Part shown: one piece after another, positions 9,045 through 19,379 of the stretch
Numbering within the stretch: the first letter of the stretch is position 1
Layout of the letters: each line of letters begins with the position of its first letter
Source: Candidatus Peregrinibacteria bacterium
Lineage (GTDB): Bacteria; Patescibacteriota; Gracilibacteria; UBA1369; UM-FILTER-53-11
Assembly: GCA_016186205.1 (NCBI GenBank)
Contig: JACPMA010000016.1
Location: 30,978 to 94,977, forward strand
Direction: 5' to 3'
DNA length: 64,000 nt
Translations under genes and position numbers: made by a program
Notes under the pieces: model-generated
What the model was told of the DNA's origin: nothing
Database searches by the model: none
What the model saw: the letters and a program-made list of their open reading frames with translations, nothing else

Positions 9045-10490
9045 ATGGCTATAACGCATTTACTTGATTTATCTTATCAGGAATTGGAGGAACGGAATTT
9101 GGCTATTAAACAAGAGCGCCAGAAAGGAGTAACAAGCAACGAGATGAAGAAAAAGTTTTTGTCGTATTTGAAAGAAGAAAAAGGGATCAAAGCAATTACG
9201 GTATTTTTTACCGATTTGGAAGGCCGGCTGCACGCGCTCGACTATGACAAAAATTTTCTTATTGAGGCCGAGGAAAATCTTACTTTTGACGGTTCTTCCA
9301 TCCGCGGTTTTACGGCGCAGAAAGAATCCGATCTGCGGCTCAAAATAGACTGGACCTCTTTCCGGTATGCGCCGGCCGATCTTTTCGGTTCCGGAAAAGT
9401 GCTTGTGTTTGCAAATGTATGCGATAAAGATGGCAGTCCTTATGAAGGCGATTTTCGTTCACGCCTTACTCGGCTGTGCGAAGAACTGCATGCATCAAAA
9501 GGCCTCACCGTGAATGTTGCGCCGGAAATCGAAGGATTTTTATTTAAAGGCCAAAAGGCCGAACAGTCATTTGATGAGAAAGTTGGATTTGAACTCGCCA
9601 CAATGAGCGGTTATTTCAGTTCGCTTCCGCAAGATATTCTAAGATTGTTTATCGATAAATTCGCCGAAGTGCAGCGCTGCCTCGGTTTTCAGAACGAGAA
9701 GGATCATCCGGAAGTGGCTCCGGCGCAGTTTGAATTGAATTTTAGATATTCCGGCGCACTTGATACAGCCGATCAAATCCAGCTTTATAAACTCCTCGCT
9801 CGGCAGGTGGCGGGTTCCATGGGGCTCACAGCTTGTTTTTTGCCGAAGCCGGTGCAAGGTTTAAACGGCAGCGGAATGCATACGAACATTTCTCTTTCAA
9901 AAAACGGCAAGAATATTTTTTATGATGCGCAAGGAAAGTATAATATGTCGGGAGCTGCGTATCAATTTGCAACCGGCGTTCTTTTTTATGCTAACGATAT
10001 TTGTCTTGTCATGAATTCAAGCGTAAATGCCTATCGAAGACTTGATCCGGCTTTCGAAGCGCCGAATGAAATTAAAATGTCTGCCACAGACAGGGGATCC
10101 ATGGTGAGAATTCCGATCGGCAATGAAAGGAGCGCTCGTCTTGAGGTGCGCACCGTTGCTCCGGACGCCAATCCATATCTTTGCATTTATGCTTTGATTT
10201 TAGCCGGCTTGAAAGGAGTCGAGGGCGAGGAGAGCGAGCTAAAGAAAATGGAAGCTGCGTTCAGCGGTAATGTGAAAAAATTGTCTGGAGATGTCTATAC
10301 AGCCATCGAACGTTTTGAAAACAGCGGTTTTATGAAAGAAATAATGGGATCGGAAAATCATCTGAAATACGCTGAACTCAAACAGGCCGCTGCGGACCGC
10401 AGTCCGAGGAATCTTGGTAAACGCCTCAAGTCCGGCGAAATTTTGTATCACCACGAAATCACCAATCAGCTGTTGTGGTCGGATTTTTAA
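9045..10490 (+). CDS. glnA: Glutamine synthetase type I
   Basis: Motifs FDGSSIRGF, APEIEGF, HPEVAPAQFE, PKP..G.NGSGMHT, NAYRRL and LEVRT. Confidence 0.93.
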   Translation: MAITHLLDLSYQELEERNLAIKQERQKGVTSNEMKKKFLSYLKEEKGIKAITVFFTDLEGRLHALDYDKNFLIEAEENLTFDGSSIRGFTAQKESDLRLKIDWTSFRYAPADLFGSGKVLVFANVCDKDGSPYEGDFRSRLTRLCEELHASKGLTVNVAPEIEGFLFKGQKAEQSFDEKVGFELATMSGYFSSLPQDILRLFIDKFAEVQRCLGFQNEKDHPEVAPAQFELNFRYSGALDTADQIQLYKLLARQVAGSMGLTACFLPKPVQGLNGSGMHTNISLSKNGKNIFYDAQGKYNMSGAAYQFATGVLFYANDICLVMNSSVNAYRRLDPAFEAPNEIKMSATDRGSMVRIPIGNERSARLEVRTVAPDANPYLCIYALILAGLKGVEGEESELKKMEAAFSGNVKKLSGDVYTAIERFENSGFMKEIMGSENHLKYAELKQAAADRSPRNLGKRLKSGEILYHHEITNQLLWSDF

Positions 10491-12426
10491 TAAGTTCTTT
10501 TAGCGCATTTTCGATTTCTTCATCGATTTTAGTGTCTTCTTCAAAAGACAGCGCTGATGCCTGTTTTACATCTGCAGGCTGAACGTACTTCCAAGTAAAT
10601 AGCGGTCGAATCGTAATATATCCATCCGCTGCAAAAATGCCGTTCGGAATATGGTATAGGTCAGGAGCGTATTTTTTGTATTCGCGATCGCCAGTATAAA
10701 ATTCCTTGCCGTCAAAAACATTCTTTTTGAGCCAGTTGTATTTTTTCTTGAGTGGCGGTTTGTCTTTCATATAATCGCGAAACACTTCTCCATGGAGAAC
10801 ATACATCGTGACGCTCACGGCAAAATCTTCTCCTCCAGTGGCGTAGCCGGGATTAGCGAGGGATTCCCATCCTTGGGCGTAGCTGAAAAAATTTTGTTTC
10901 ATTTCATCCCATGCCGGATCTTGGGTGTGGTCTTGGCCATCTTCAGGAAAAGTCGGTTTATGAGGTCTCCAACGGTAGACATCATTTATTCTGTCAGAAA
11001 CATCGTAGCTGATGTTATAGAATCCCGTTGTATCTACCATATATGTGTCTATAAAATGGCTGTATTCATGCATGATAGTTCTTATTTCATCATAGTCGCT
11101 CCGCCCGATCATATTGTTGGTTTTGAATTTTAAAAGTTTGCATTGTGATGCATATTGAGGAAAGTAGCCGCTTGAGCAAATAAGTTTCTTTTTTTCTGAA
11201 ATGCTGCTGAACGTTTGTTTATTGATACAGTCTTTTTTTTGTATGCGAAGGCGCTGCGGAAAGACATCAATAGCGGTTTTTTCAAGATAGGCGAGGTGCT
11301 CTTTAGAAACATCTTCATATGGCGTCGGCGCCATAAATTCATAACACGTAAATTTTTTCGCCGCTTCACGATCGCGTTGTTCCATAGCTTTTAATTCATC
11401 AGCAAGTACTTTCAGCATTTTTGCATCGACAATATTGGAATATGGGAGGCCGTGTTCTTTTTGGAACCGCAATACTCCTTTCATAAATCGGGTCGGTCCG
11501 CAAATATGGTCCATGTTGTATCCAAGCTGCCGCAAACCGTTTAAAATTTTTGCGACATACGGGTCTGCAACCGGCTGCGCGACCGGAAGGATGCGAAGAT
11601 CGATATTTCCAACGCCGTGGCCGTAACATCCATTCGGATCATAATCGAAGAGATCAATGGTTTCTTCGCCTCTCAATACTGCTTCCGCTATAGGATCGTT
11701 TTCAAAATAACTCTTAAAATTCTTTGACATTTTTGAGTAAGGATATTTGCCAGCAAGAATTGTTGGCGGAGTAAATGGCGTGGTTCCTGCAGGAAATGGC
11801 GGCGACGGAGGTGGAATTTCTGTTGTCGGTGGTGCAACTTCTGTTTGCGGCGCTTCCCACTTCTGAACTTCATCATATGTGCGGCTTTCAAATATCAGTC
11901 CTGCGCTGATATTCGAAAATCGATAAAGCATTTGAGCGGATTCGCCGCGAGTAAGTTTTTGTTCAAAGCCCGTAATGCTTATTGGGATTGCTTTTTTGCC
12001 AATAAGGATTGAAGCATATTGTTGCGGTCCATTAGTAGAAAACCCGATGGCTTTCACCATAATCTGCGCTGCTTCAAGAAAAGTAATTGGTTGGTTTGGC
12101 TGAAAAGTGCCGTCCGGACGAGCATTGATAATTTCCATATTTTTCGCTTCGCAGACGAATTTCGCAAACCATTGGTTTTTCACATCCGGAAAGCAGTTTG
12201 CTCCAGCAGGTTTTTCATAGTAAAAAACCGGAAAGAGCATGGCGAGGAATTCAGCGCGGCTGATTATTTTATCCGGCTGGAATTTTTTACCCGGTAATTT
12301 TACGCCATTTTTTTGCACGAATTTTATGGCTTCATCGTTTCCGCGTTCCGCAAATTGAGCGCCGGCAAAATGCGCTGCAGCCCCGATGACTAAAAATACC
12401 GCTGCAAATATAAAAAATCTTTTCAT
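10459..12426 (-). CDS. Secreted S-layer-homology protein with peptidoglycan-binding domain and zincin metallopeptidase motif
   Basis: Signal peptide, SLH repeats (FPDV..QWFA, F.PNQPIT, LTRGE), Pro-rich linker, PG-binding FQKEHGL..IVD, and HEYSH followed by EDFA. Confidence 0.8.
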   Translation of the reverse strand: MKRFFIFAAVFLVIGAAAHFAGAQFAERGNDEAIKFVQKNGVKLPGKKFQPDKIISRAEFLAMLFPVFYYEKPAGANCFPDVKNQWFAKFVCEAKNMEIINARPDGTFQPNQPITFLEAAQIMVKAIGFSTNGPQQYASILIGKKAIPISITGFEQKLTRGESAQMLYRFSNISAGLIFESRTYDEVQKWEAPQTEVAPPTTEIPPPSPPFPAGTTPFTPPTILAGKYPYSKMSKNFKSYFENDPIAEAVLRGEETIDLFDYDPNGCYGHGVGNIDLRILPVAQPVADPYVAKILNGLRQLGYNMDHICGPTRFMKGVLRFQKEHGLPYSNIVDAKMLKVLADELKAMEQRDREAAKKFTCYEFMAPTPYEDVSKEHLAYLEKTAIDVFPQRLRIQKKDCINKQTFSSISEKKKLICSSGYFPQYASQCKLLKFKTNNMIGRSDYDEIRTIMHEYSHFIDTYMVDTTGFYNISYDVSDRINDVYRWRPHKPTFPEDGQDHTQDPAWDEMKQNFFSYAQGWESLANPGYATGGEDFAVSVTMYVLHGEVFRDYMKDKPPLKKKYNWLKKNVFDGKEFYTGDREYKKYAPDLYHIPNGIFAADGYITIRPLFTWKYVQPADVKQASALSFEEDTKIDEEIENALKELIKNPTTTADW

Positions 12427-12435
12427 AAAATACGT

Positions 12436-13305
12436 TTAGTCGCAGTAGGCAACGGCCATCACTCCATTTCCGATTTCAGAATTAAAGAGAGCGCGGTATG
12501 CGCCGCGCTTTGTCGGAATATAGTAGTCGTACGGGCAGTTTGCGCGTTTGTCTTTGTCGGTCGCTCCGCTATACGCCGCCGCATCCGGATCGGGTTTTGT
12601 GCTGTTATAAACGCCAAAATCCCAATTATGCGCTGACGGTGTTCCAGGCGTATATCCGAGCAGCTCCCCGGCTTTGAAAGAAATCGGAGCTATGAAATCC
12701 GTGCGCGTATCTTCTATTTTCGGCGTTGTCGGAAACGCGGTACGGATTTTTTCAATCGGTTCAAGAAAATGATCCAAGCTGAATTCCACTTCGCAACTAA
12801 TTTGAAAAAGCAGCGTATATTGATTGATGCCTTGTTCGTTGTAGTGAGCGCCTCCAATAAGTTTTGCGTCAGCCGGAGCGTAGATCGGAACTTTTCCGTT
12901 GTCTGCAATCCAAAGATACGAATGGGATTTAAACATATTGCCATTTATGAGAACGCCGGGCGGAGTGATTTTTGATATGCGGGAAATATCCGTAACATCC
13001 GCAATAAAAGACGGATTTGGATCGTTAATGCAGCTTTTTTGTTGGTTCTGTGCCGCAGGCGCATTCCGGTCCTTTTGAATTTCGAAAGTCGCTTTTGGTT
13101 TTGAAAATTTTGCTTTCGGTATGGATCGTAAATTCTTACCGATTTTCTTAAAGTTTTTTTTCTTTGTGAATTTTTCTACACTTCTGGCAATACTCTCTTT
13201 ATTTGTATGGGTTTTACCTTTTATTTTGGAGGTTGCTAATACCGAAAATGGTATCACAAAAAGAATAATGAACGCTCCTGCCAAAAGATTTTTGTTTATT
13301 TTCAT
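12436..13305 (-). CDS. Secreted hypothetical protein (distant M23/hybrid-motif-like)
   Basis: Signal peptide; motifs PIYAPAD, FKAGELLG and WDFGV. Confidence 0.6.
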   Translation of the reverse strand: MKINKNLLAGAFIILFVIPFSVLATSKIKGKTHTNKESIARSVEKFTKKKNFKKIGKNLRSIPKAKFSKPKATFEIQKDRNAPAAQNQQKSCINDPNPSFIADVTDISRISKITPPGVLINGNMFKSHSYLWIADNGKVPIYAPADAKLIGGAHYNEQGINQYTLLFQISCEVEFSLDHFLEPIEKIRTAFPTTPKIEDTRTDFIAPISFKAGELLGYTPGTPSAHNWDFGVYNSTKPDPDAAAYSGATDKDKRANCPYDYYIPTKRGAYRALFNSEIGNGVMAVAYCD

Positions 13306-13347
13306 ATATTATTACATTTTAACCCATTTCCTAAAAATCGTCAAATC

Positions 13348-14568
13348 ATGTATAGTAAAGTGGTGATCAATCCTCAATCTGATTTTTCGAGCCTCGGTGT
13401 AGATCAAAAAATTCTTGATCAACTTAAGCGATTAAATATACATACGCCAACGCCGATTCAACATAAGGCGATTCCCGTAGGGCTTGAGGGAAAAGATATT
13501 ATCGGTATAGCACAGACCGGAACAGGCAAAACTCTCGCTTTCGCCATTCCGATTCTTCAGCGCCTTCCGTCACTAAAAGGCAGAGCGCTTATCATACTTC
13601 CAACGCGCGAACTTGCGCTACAGGTCGAGGAAACATTTAGAAAGTTTACAGCGATGTTTGGTCTGCGAATTGCCGTGCTTATCGGCGGGGCATCCATCGG
13701 ACGGCAAATAAGCGATCTTCGCACAAAGCCGCAGATTATTATTGGCACGCCGGGCCGCATCATTGATCATCTTAAACAAAAAATACTGCATTTGAACGAC
13801 GTAAAAATGCTTGTGCTTGATGAAGCGGACCGCATGCTCGATATGGGTTTTGCTCCGCAAATAAGGCAGATTCTCATATCGGTTCCGAAAGACCGCCACA
13901 CCATGCTTTTTTCCGCCACCATGCCGGACAACATCGTAAAAATCGCAACTATGCATATGAAATTGCCGGTTCGCGTGGAAATTGCGCGGTCCGGAACGAC
14001 TCCGGAGCGCGTGGAGCAAGAAGTTTTTATTATAAGAGCGAATGAAAAAAACCGCTTGCTCGAGGCTCTCCTAACGCAATATAAAGGAAGCGTTTTGGTT
14101 TTTTCGCGGACGAAATTCGGCGCGAAAAGAATTTGCGCCGTGCTCAAGCACATGGGATTTACAGCCGCCGAAATTCATTCCAATCGGTCTCTTTCACAGC
14201 GGCGGGAAGCGCTTCAAGGCTTCCAAACGGGGAGGTACCGCGTGCTTGTCGCCACCGATATTGCGGCCCGCGGCATCGACGTGAAAGGAATTGAATTGGT
14301 CATTAATTATGATGTTCCCGAATTTGCCGAAGATTACGTACACAGAATCGGACGTACTGCTCGGGCAGGACATGCGGGCCGCGCCATCACATTCGCAACA
14401 CCGGATCAAAGTCATAAAATAAGACACATCGAACGGCTTATCCGCGGAGTGCTCAAAGTTTCAAAGCTCCCGCTGCTTCCTCCGGATCGGCCTTTTTTGA
14501 AAATGCCGCACGACTTTTCGCATAATCGCGGGCAGCGCCATAATTCTTATCGAAAGCGGAAATTTTAG
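13348..14568 (+). CDS. DEAD-box RNA helicase
   Basis: Q motif TPIQ, AQTGTGKT, PTRELA, TPGR, DEAD, SAT, ARGID and HRIGRTAR. Confidence 0.96.
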   Translation: MYSKVVINPQSDFSSLGVDQKILDQLKRLNIHTPTPIQHKAIPVGLEGKDIIGIAQTGTGKTLAFAIPILQRLPSLKGRALIILPTRELALQVEETFRKFTAMFGLRIAVLIGGASIGRQISDLRTKPQIIIGTPGRIIDHLKQKILHLNDVKMLVLDEADRMLDMGFAPQIRQILISVPKDRHTMLFSATMPDNIVKIATMHMKLPVRVEIARSGTTPERVEQEVFIIRANEKNRLLEALLTQYKGSVLVFSRTKFGAKRICAVLKHMGFTAAEIHSNRSLSQRREALQGFQTGRYRVLVATDIAARGIDVKGIELVINYDVPEFAEDYVHRIGRTARAGHAGRAITFATPDQSHKIRHIERLIRGVLKVSKLPLLPPDRPFLKMPHDFSHNRGQRHNSYRKRKF

Positions 14569-14733
14569 GGACATGCTGAAAAACAAATTTTTGTAGCGAA
14601 ATTTTGCCATTTTGCGCGAAAACTTTGAAATGCGACGAAGGCGTATCAGGTTTGATACGTCGAGGAGCAGTGAAAAGTTTGCAGCCAAAATGGCAAAATT
14701 GCAGCAGAAAAGAGGTTTTTCAGCATGTCCCTA
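14566..14733. repeat. 168-bp MITE-like imperfect palindrome
   Basis: 19-bp terminal inverted repeats tagggacatgctgaaaaac / gtttttcagcatgtcccta, plus inner arms aattttgccattttg / caaaatggcaaaatt. Confidence 0.8.
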
Positions 14734-15610
14734 GAGAAATTCAGATAACGCTACGATTTCGTTCATTGCAGTTTCATAATCTACCGGCGTTGCTTTTGCA
14801 GGAACTTTTACTTTTGCTTTTCCTAAATTCATTGTGCATGTTTCTTTTACGGTAAACGACAGCACGCCCACGGTTACTTTAGATTTTACCTCGTATTTTT
14901 TGAAATGTCCGGCGCCGGCGATAAAAAGTTTCGTTGAAGGTGGTGTTTGCGTTTTAGCCAATTCCTCGCCAATAAACGGAGTAAGAAGTTTTGTCGTCGC
15001 ATCCGCAGTCAAAGCGCCAAGATATACCGCATTTTTTGATGAATCCGACTCCCATCCGTTTTTGTAGACAAAGGAAGATTTTTCGAGAGGTGTGCTTACA
15101 GGCTCTTTACTAATAGCCGTGAATATTTGTCCGGTAAATTCCGAGTTTTCAAAAGTTTTCCATTTTGCATCACCTCCCTTGTAATAAGTTTGACTGCCTA
15201 TGATGACGATTTGAAGCGTTCTTTTAGAGGCTTCTTTTACAGCTTTAACGGTTTGATCCAGCGTAAGCTGTCCAGCGGCCATAAGATCGAGTATGCCGAG
15301 CGTATTTATTAGTAGCAAGAGAGCGTCCTTCGCTTAAGAGCGTGCCTTTTTCTACATTTTTGTATCGTTTTAATGCTTGTAAGGCAACATTGACAGATGT
15401 TTTTTGTTCAGCTGTGTGCGACGGATCAGCTTGCGCTTTTGCCCCGCTTGCACTGACAGTGCAAGAAAAACTATAGTTGGTTGAATTTGTTGCTTCTTGC
15501 CACGCATTTTCGAAAAAATCCTGCGGCGGTTCAGCTGCCGCAAATGCCGCCGAAGCTTGAAATAAAATAGCCAATGCCGTAATGATACTTGCGAGTGATC
15601 GTGTATTCAT
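14731..15610 (-). pseudogene. Secreted protein gene split by a single frameshift near 15300-15335 (or a sequencing error)
   Basis: The signal-peptide ORF (from 15610) and the downstream ORF 14731-15318 overlap in different frames and read as one protein. Confidence 0.65.
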
Positions 15611-15693
15611 GGTCACATCATACATTCAATTGTATGCATTGCAATCTCTTGCGTTTTGGTGGCTTGGACCGTGGGCCCCTACTTATAAATATC

Positions 15694-16218
15694 TTAATTG
15701 GTGATCCAAAACCGTAACTTTTTTGGTTTACCTTTACCTTGTGATCTTGCGTCCTCAAAAACCCCGCCGCAATATTCAATAATTTTCCGCGAAGCAGTAT
15801 TCGTTTCATCGCAGGTAACTAATACCTTTTTAATGCCAAGTTTTCTTGCTTTTGGCAAAGCTAACTCCAAAATCTTTTTTCCATACCCCTTTTTTCTTTC
15901 GGTAGGACGAACTTCATATCCAATGTGCCCGCCAATAAGTCTCAAGTGTTTAGTAAGCCGGTGTCTGATAGAAGCTCTGCCAATGAATTTTTTCCCATCA
16001 GTAAGCCAATATACCGTCTCCGGTACATATCCTTTAACAAGGCCGATGCCCTTTGAAAGGTTTCGTACGCGCCTTACATATGCAAGAAAATTCTTCGCGA
16101 CTTCATCGATTGGCATATTCACTGAAAGCACATACCAATTATTTTCTTTTTTGAATTCTTTCACAGCTTCCAGAAAACTTTTTCTATATTTTGTAGATGG
16201 CAAAACAAGGCGAACCAT
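15694..16218 (-). CDS. GNAT family N-acetyltransferase
   Basis: Motifs GGHIGYEVRPTERKKGYG and VLVTCDETNTASRKIIE. Confidence 0.9.
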   Translation of the reverse strand: MVRLVLPSTKYRKSFLEAVKEFKKENNWYVLSVNMPIDEVAKNFLAYVRRVRNLSKGIGLVKGYVPETVYWLTDGKKFIGRASIRHRLTKHLRLIGGHIGYEVRPTERKKGYGKKILELALPKARKLGIKKVLVTCDETNTASRKIIEYCGGVFEDARSQGKGKPKKLRFWITN

Positions 16219-16264
16219 AAGAAAATTATAGCATCGTTCTGCTAGGCTGCTGCTAGAATGCAAT

Positions 16265-17365
16265 TCATTGGTTCGGGCAAATGACTGCTTTAACAATCTC
16301 TCCTCTTGTAATTGCAGCGAGAGCATCGGGCGTTTGAGCAAGTGGAAATTTTTTCTCCGCCATTTCTCTCCATGGCAACCTACCGTGATGCCCCGCCATC
16401 ACACCAATCGCGCGATGAAAATGAGAAAAATCACTTCCCCAGCATCCACGCACTTGAAGATGCTTACGATTGATTTGCTCATGAGGATTAATTATAACAT
16501 CGCCGTTATCCGTGTACTGGCCGGATATTACCACGCGTCCATTGTCACGTGCCATGTCCAGTGCTTGAGATACAGCTCTCGGGTCACCGGCTGCTTCAAT
16601 GACAACATCTGCGCCGCGTCCGCCGGTTCTTTCCCGTACCCAAGCAGCACGATCTTCAGGGGGTATTTCAAGTCCGCACGTCTCAGAAGCGCCCATGCGC
16701 TTGGCAAAATCTCGTCGATTCTCCGGATCTCCGACAGCAAGTACTTGGCCTGCTCCCGAAAGACCGGCAAAAGCAATGATGCTTTGTCCAACAGGACCAA
16801 CGCCGAGCACAACTACTGAATCACCAAGCCGGATTTCTGCGCGGTCGACTGCATGCAGCGCGGTATTTAAACCGCATCCGCCCGCAATGTATGTTTCTGG
16901 ATCAAGACCATCGGGCAAACGAAGCAACTTTGTACCTGCCTTTAAATGAATAGCTTCCGACCATCCCCCCAAAGGAGCATCTGGATCTTGGGCTGAAAAA
17001 GTAATTCCGTACACTCTGCGCTCCGGGCATCGCGTAGTCGCTTTATCTACCAAACAAGTACGACAACTGCCACATGTTCCATGAACATCGAGAAACGCCG
17101 CTTGGTCGCCTTCTTGAAATATATTTCCATCTACATCTTTAATTCGTCCGCGTATTTTTTCAAGGATACCTACTGAAACATGCCCTGGAATAATGGGATA
17201 AGGTACGCCCGCAAGTTTGCCGCGATGAAGATGAACATCGGTTCCGCATACTTCAGAAAATGTAGTATGTAGGAGTGCCGCTCCTTCCCTAAGATTAGGC
17301 TCATCAAATTCTCTCATCTCGAGAGGTTCATTTGGCGCGGGCATTACTACGGCTTGATACTTCAA
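16265..17365 (-). CDS. Zinc-dependent medium-chain alcohol dehydrogenase
   Basis: CGTDVH, GH(V), structural Zn C-x2-C-x2-C-x7-C, and the Rossmann motif GVGPVG. Confidence 0.9.
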   Translation of the reverse strand: MKYQAVVMPAPNEPLEMREFDEPNLREGAALLHTTFSEVCGTDVHLHRGKLAGVPYPIIPGHVSVGILEKIRGRIKDVDGNIFQEGDQAAFLDVHGTCGSCRTCLVDKATTRCPERRVYGITFSAQDPDAPLGGWSEAIHLKAGTKLLRLPDGLDPETYIAGGCGLNTALHAVDRAEIRLGDSVVVLGVGPVGQSIIAFAGLSGAGQVLAVGDPENRRDFAKRMGASETCGLEIPPEDRAAWVRERTGGRGADVVIEAAGDPRAVSQALDMARDNGRVVISGQYTDNGDVIINPHEQINRKHLQVRGCWGSDFSHFHRAIGVMAGHHGRLPWREMAEKKFPLAQTPDALAAITRGEIVKAVICPNQ

Positions 17366-17400
17366 TGGGTTGATTATATCAATGTTTCATGAGAAATCAA

Positions 17401-18564
17401 CTAGCTGTTAAACCGGAATGTTTTTATGAGCATTTTGAATTCTTTTGGAAATTTGTCGGTCAGCAATGTATCGGTCAATTGAATATGAACGAATTCCTGT
17501 CCATCAGATTTGTTGTTGATGAGAAATGCGCCATAATGAAGAGGCGCTGACGGATCGGCATCGCGGAGCGTATAAGTAAATCCAGAAATATTGTATTTAT
17601 TTTTCACTTTTTTCTTTTTCACGCGATACCAGTTTTTCATCACATCATCGACTGTGCCTGAATTTTTGTAGTACGTTATATTGAGTACGTTTACTGGACC
17701 GTCCGGAGATGTCACTTTGAGATCGGCAGTCCATGGCATTATGCCAACGAGGATCGCATCCGAACGGTAACAGAAATAATATGGCTGCTCTTCATTGAAT
17801 TGAAGAGCAGTTTTTTTTGAACAGTTTTTTATTTCAATATTCACATACCCAGTTGTCTCTGTAAAAACTTTTCCGAAAGTGGACTCCGTATCTTTATAAT
17901 AAATTTTGCGCGCAGCTACATCATATCTGGCATCCGGAATAAGCTCGTTGGTTTTTTCGTTATATACTTTGCCTGTCTCCGGATCGAGTCTCGCAGCGGT
18001 TCTATTAGAAGGTACAACATTGTCAGGAATCGACGCGCTCTGAGTTGGTTTCGGGGCTGGCGCATCATCCTGAATATATCCGTACTTTGGATAACATTTA
18101 TTATCCACCTCTATGAGACCGATTTCAGTTTCATCTTTTTGCATCCCTGAATCATCATAGATTATTTTAAATATTTTCTGCGAAGTTTCCGGATAGGCTC
18201 GTATCCCAATAACTTCTTCTTTTGGCGGGCTTAGATAAAAAACTTTTCCATCCTTATCGCGAATCTCCACGCTTCGAGTATTCGTTGGATTTGGTTTCGG
18301 TTTATTGGTACACGGTACGCTCACAGGTGCACTTATTGGAGTTTTTTCCGGAGTTGATTTTGGAGTCGAAACCGTGCCTCCTGTATTACGATTCGTTCGG
18401 CTCGGACTCGTATTGATGGGATTTGTAGGAAAGTAGTCAATATTGCTATTGCTGTACGGATCGTAATAGTCGAACTGTCCAAACGCAAAATTCATCGCAA
18501 CCAACACTCCTATTGCAACCAAAGCTAAAAACAACCCCCATAATTTTATATTTTTGTATTTCAT
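17401..18564 (-). CDS. Secreted/membrane-anchored hypothetical protein
   Basis: N-terminal hydrophobic helix and Pro/Thr/Asn-rich linker in a 387-aa ORF. Confidence 0.7.
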   Translation of the reverse strand: MKYKNIKLWGLFLALVAIGVLVAMNFAFGQFDYYDPYSNSNIDYFPTNPINTSPSRTNRNTGGTVSTPKSTPEKTPISAPVSVPCTNKPKPNPTNTRSVEIRDKDGKVFYLSPPKEEVIGIRAYPETSQKIFKIIYDDSGMQKDETEIGLIEVDNKCYPKYGYIQDDAPAPKPTQSASIPDNVVPSNRTAARLDPETGKVYNEKTNELIPDARYDVAARKIYYKDTESTFGKVFTETTGYVNIEIKNCSKKTALQFNEEQPYYFCYRSDAILVGIMPWTADLKVTSPDGPVNVLNITYYKNSGTVDDVMKNWYRVKKKKVKNKYNISGFTYTLRDADPSAPLHYGAFLINNKSDGQEFVHIQLTDTLLTDKFPKEFKMLIKTFRFNS

Positions 18565-18646
18565 CGATGTTTATTATACCATAATTTGAACAACTTTTCA
18601 ATCTGGCCATGCGCGTGCGAAAAATCAGTATTGGTATACTAAAACT

Positions 18647-19135
18647 ATGAATCCATATAAAAAGGTTTTTTCCGAATTGCAAAAATCAGGAGTCAAATAT
18701 TTAGTGGTCGGCGGTGTTGCGGTGAATCTCTATGGTTATAGTCGTTTTACTGGAGATATTGATATTTTGCTCACACTTGATTCTTCGAATTTATCAAAAA
18801 TGGAAAAGGTAATGAAAAAATTGGGATATGTAGAACGTTTGCCGGTTCAACTGCATGAATTGAAAGATAAAAAAAAGGTAAAAAAATGGCTTAAGGAGAA
18901 GGGGATGACCGCATATACTTTTATTTCATCAAAAAAACCGCAGCTTGATATCGATATTTTGGTTGGATATTCGCTGGATTTTAAAAAGTTTTACAAAAAC
19001 AGAACTGTTATAAAAGTGTGGGGAATGAATCTGTCCGTAATTTCTTTTGATGATTTGATTTTGATGAAAAAGAAGGCTGGAAGAGAGAAGGATTTGCTCG
19101 ATCTTCAAGCTTTGCTAGAATTAAAGTCGCTATGA
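18647..19135 (+). CDS. Nucleotidyltransferase (DUF6036/AbiEii-like)
   Basis: Motifs YLVVGGVAV..G..R.T.DID and LILMKKKAGREKDLLD. Confidence 0.85.
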   Translation: MNPYKKVFSELQKSGVKYLVVGGVAVNLYGYSRFTGDIDILLTLDSSNLSKMEKVMKKLGYVERLPVQLHELKDKKKVKKWLKEKGMTAYTFISSKKPQLDIDILVGYSLDFKKFYKNRTVIKVWGMNLSVISFDDLILMKKKAGREKDLLDLQALLELKSL

Positions 19136-19266
19136 AGACGAAAATTCCGCAATTTGATAAAGATTATTTGCGGCGATGCAAACACAGTTCGCCAGAGACA
19201 AAATTGAAGTGGCTTGCGGCCGCGCTTGACTTTGCTCAAACAAAAAAGAAAACTGTGAAGAAGTGA
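19132..19266 (+). CDS. 44-aa small protein, putative partner of the nucleotidyltransferase
   Basis: ATGA overlap with the upstream stop; sequence MKTKIPQFDKDYLRRCKHSSPETKLKWLAAALDFAQTKKKTVKK. It is too short for the ORF track. Confidence 0.6.
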   Translation: MKTKIPQFDKDYLRRCKHSSPETKLKWLAAALDFAQTKKKTVKK

Positions 19267-19379
19267 AAGCGCGCCATTGATCGGAGATAACTATAGGGGA
19301 GATGAGAGCCAGTATGCCCAGAGTTACCAGAAGCGTGAAAATGTTTGAGCCTAAAGTTTCCGAAACAGCGACCTCGATT

